A DNA stretch of 55,131 nt from Porphyrobacter sp. GTDB lineage: Bacteria; Pseudomonadota; Alphaproteobacteria; Sphingomonadales; Sphingomonadaceae. The notes under the pieces were generated by a model that saw nothing but the letters and a program-made list of their open reading frames with translations, did not search any database and had not been told where the DNA came from. The stretch covers positions 1 through 55,131 of the forward strand of contig JACESM010000001.1 in assembly GCA_013911835.1 (NCBI GenBank). Direction: 5' to 3'. Made by a program: the position numbers and the translations under genes. Below are positions 50,547-55,131 of this stretch, piece by piece; position 1 is the stretch's first letter, and the number at the start of each line of letters is the position of its first letter.

Positions 50547-51347
50547 TTACGCAACCACCCGCGCGACGAAGGCATCCCAGATCGCAAGCGATGACGCCCC
50601 GATCAATCCGGGCGCATCGTGCTGGTCCACCCGGTAGGCGCTGCCATCAAGCCGCGCCGCCTTGCCGCCGGCCTCGTTGAGCCACAAGACGCCCGCCGCA
50701 TGGTCCCAGGCGAGGGTGCGCTTGAAGCTCGAAATGTCGTTCTCGCCCAGCGCGAGGCGCGGATATTGCTCGGCGGCGCAGCGCGGGATGTCGACCAGCG
50801 CGTAGTGGGGCGCGAGCTTGGCATCGACCATCGCCGATTGTTCGGGAGTGAGGAAGATGCGGCTCACCGCGGTGACAGGCGGCTGCTGTCCGGTGGTGCG
50901 CGCCGCGATCCGCTCGCCGTTGACGAAAGCGCCTTCGCCGCGCCGCGCGTGGCAGAAGCGGTCCTTGTTGGGGTCGTAAATCCACCCCGCCACCGCCTCG
51001 CCCGCATCGGCGAGCGCGATGATGATCCCGAACGGCTCATTGCCTTCCGCGAAATTCGCCGTGCCATCGAGCGGGTCGATGATCCAGCACTGGCCCTTGA
51101 GATGGTCGAGCACGGCCTTGTCGGCATGCACCGCCTCCTCGCCCACCACTGCCACACCGGGGGCGAGCCGGGTCAGCGCCTCGGTGAGGAACGCCTCGAC
51201 CTCGCGGTCGACGATGGTGACGGGGTCATCCGCGCCCTTCATCTCGACCTCGCCCGCGGCGAGATTGCGGAAGCGCGGCAGCATCGAACGCTGCGCGGCA
51301 AAGCGCATCAGGTCCCGGATTTCGGCGTCGAGGGCGGAGAGGCTCAA
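50547..51347 (-). CDS. Inositol monophosphatase family protein
   Basis: DPVTIVD, GEE, WIIDPLDGTANF, WDHAAG; TTG start overlapping the argJ stop. Confidence 0.9.
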   Translation of the reverse strand: MSLSALDAEIRDLMRFAAQRSMLPRFRNLAAGEVEMKGADDPVTIVDREVEAFLTEALTRLAPGVAVVGEEAVHADKAVLDHLKGQCWIIDPLDGTANFAEGNEPFGIIIALADAGEAVAGWIYDPNKDRFCHARRGEGAFVNGERIAARTTGQQPPVTAVSRIFLTPEQSAMVDAKLAPHYALVDIPRCAAEQYPRLALGENDISSFKRTLAWDHAAGVLWLNEAGGKAARLDGSAYRVDQHDAPGLIGASSLAIWDAFVARVVA

Positions 51348-52570
51348 GACCTGTAATCCGCGTTGATCGCGATGTAGCCGTGGGTGAGATCGCAGGTCCA
51401 CACGGTGGCGCGGCCATCCGCGAGGCCGAGATCGACCGCGATGTCGATTTCCTCGCCCTTCAAATGCGCGGCGACTGGAGCCTCGTCATATTCCTCGACC
51501 GGCACGCCGTTGCGCGCGGCCCAGACGCCGCCAAAAGCGATCGACAGCTTGTCGCGGTCGGCCGGTTCGCCCGCCTTGCCGACTGCCATGACCACGCGGC
51601 CCCAATTGGCGTCCTCGCCTGCGATCGCGGTTTTCACCAAAGGCGAGTTGGCGATGGCAAGGCCGACGCGGCGCGCGCTGTCGTCGCTGACTGCGCCCGC
51701 GACCCGGATGGTGACGAATTTGCGCGCGCCTTCGCCGTCGCGCACCACCAGTTGCGCGAGGCTGCGGCACACGTCCGCGAGGGCTGCGGCGAAGGCGTCC
51801 GCGCCAGGGCTGTCCCAGCTTGCGATCCGCGCGTTGCCGGCCTTGCCGGTCGCAAAGACCATCACCGTGTCGCTGGTCGAGGTGTCGCCATCCACGGTGA
51901 TGCAGCTGAAGGTTGCGGCATTGGCGCGCTCCAGCGCCTCTTGCAGGAAAGCGGGCGCGATGTCGGCATCGGTGAAAATATAGCCGAGCATGGTCGCCAT
52001 GTCGGGGGCGATCATGCCCGAACCCTTGATGATCCCGGCGAGTTCCACCCGCGTGCCGCCCAGCATCGCCGAAGCGCCCGCGCCCTTGGCAAAGGTGTCG
52101 GTGGTGCCGATGGCGTTCGCGGCGTCCTCCCATCCGCAAGGGTCGGCGGTGAGCGCGGCTGCGATCCCGGCCTGCGCCTTGTCGACCGGCAGCGGCACGC
52201 CAATCACGCCGGTGGAGGAGACGAACACTTCGTCGAGCGTGCAGGCGAGCGCGTCCGAAACCTGTGCCCGGATCGCCTCGACCGCCGCGCGCCCGCGCCA
52301 GCCGGTGAAGGCATTGGAATTGCCCGCATTGACGATCAGCGCCCGCGCGCGCCCCAGCTTCACCGCCTCGCGCCCGAGTTCGACCTCGGAAGAAGCGCAG
52401 GCGCTCTTGGTGAAGACCCCTGCGGCGGTGGTGCCCTCGGCGAGTTCGGCGAAGGTCAGGTCGCAGCGGTCCCATGTCTTGTAGCGCGCCCGTGCGACAC
52501 GCAGGATCACGCCCGCGATTTCGGGGAGCTGCGGGAAGGGGCGGGCGAGGGGCGAGGGATCGATCTGCAT
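51344..52570 (-). CDS. argJ: Glutamate N-acetyltransferase / amino-acid acetyltransferase
   Basis: NAGNSNAFTG, STGVIG, KGSGMIAPDMATML, DTSTSDT, DGEGA, INADYRS. Confidence 0.96.
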   Translation of the reverse strand: MQIDPSPLARPFPQLPEIAGVILRVARARYKTWDRCDLTFAELAEGTTAAGVFTKSACASSEVELGREAVKLGRARALIVNAGNSNAFTGWRGRAAVEAIRAQVSDALACTLDEVFVSSTGVIGVPLPVDKAQAGIAAALTADPCGWEDAANAIGTTDTFAKGAGASAMLGGTRVELAGIIKGSGMIAPDMATMLGYIFTDADIAPAFLQEALERANAATFSCITVDGDTSTSDTVMVFATGKAGNARIASWDSPGADAFAAALADVCRSLAQLVVRDGEGARKFVTIRVAGAVSDDSARRVGLAIANSPLVKTAIAGEDANWGRVVMAVGKAGEPADRDKLSIAFGGVWAARNGVPVEEYDEAPVAAHLKGEEIDIAVDLGLADGRATVWTCDLTHGYIAINADYRS

Positions 52571-52720
52571 GGGCCACGCCCGTAATAGGCAATCAGCAGC
52601 GCTGCAATCACGGGCTTTCTCGTTCGACAGGGCTTGGCGCGCGGGCCAATTAAGCTCTCGCACAGCTTATCGCGCTATGGATGTGGACGAATTGGCGCTT
52701 AGGCACTATCTGACGGCATC

Positions 52721-52996
52721 ATGACCAGGCGTTTTCTTGCCCTGCTGGCCCTGCTGACCGGCCTTGTCGCTCTTGGCGGCACGGCGCAGGCGTCTTTGGC
52801 GGAGGCGCTGGCATGTTCTGCGAGCGTCGCTGCGGCGAGCGGGGACGAGCGGGCGGTGAGCGAAAGTGTCGCTGCGCAAGGCTCGCCTGCCACGATCAGC
52901 GCCACTCGCGCGGCCGAATGCGGATGTCCGCCGCCGCCGGTGCCGGAATCGCTGCGCCTTCCGGTCTTGATGGGGATCGAGCGCGCCTACGAATAG
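52721..52996 (+). CDS. Small secreted uORF upstream of secA (SecM-like candidate)
   Basis: Sec signal peptide MTRRFLALLALLTGLVALGGTAQA, Ala/Ser linker, C-terminus PPPPVPESLRLPVLMGIERAYE. Confidence 0.7.
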   Translation: MTRRFLALLALLTGLVALGGTAQASLAEALACSASVAAASGDERAVSESVAAQGSPATISATRAAECGCPPPPVPESLRLPVLMGIERAYE

Positions 52997-53125
52997 GCGC
53001 GTGATCCGCACGCAACTTAACTCCCGCGCGCCGCGCCCTGCGAGGGCCGCGCGCTATCTCCACACAGATCCGCAAGCCCCCCGCATCATTTGCGGCGATT
53101 GCACCCGAATCAAAGGCTTACACCC

Positions 53126-55131
<2,006 letters not shown>

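Noticed and set aside
50381-50587. 68-aa minus-strand ORF
   Set aside because: Overlaps the IMPase stop and crosses the strong SD-ATG at 50472 in another frame; no recognisable motif.

Overview
GC-rich alphaproteobacterial chromosomal window; gene content and synteny fit Sphingomonadales, probably Erythrobacteraceae (inference). It is mostly housekeeping: rnc(partial)-lepB, pgi, a DEAD-box helicase, gor, a propionyl-CoA operon (pccB-mce-ech-scpA-bioB-pccA) interleaved with small accessory ORFs and TA-like pairs, aroKB, xerD-accA, three Flp pilins, tRNA-Arg(ACG), folE, cytochrome c'/b, ahcY, divL-tsaE-amgK-murU-addB-addA-trxA, argJ and secA (partial). The standout is a hidden 249-nt minus-strand gene (50472-50224) that the ORF track breaks up. 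It has a strong Shine-Dalgarno and gives a coherent 81-aa SEC-C zinc-finger protein only if the ribosome shifts +1 three times, each time at an in-frame UUU-C Phe codon, so it is a candidate triple programmed frameshift. Other leads: a signal-peptide uORF before secA (SecM-like candidate), a duplicated mce 5' end bracketing a self-promoted RHH two-gene module, a tRNA-linked repeat, CtrA-like boxes before the pilins, and a cytochrome P460-family lipoprotein. All calls are by eye, with no database searches.
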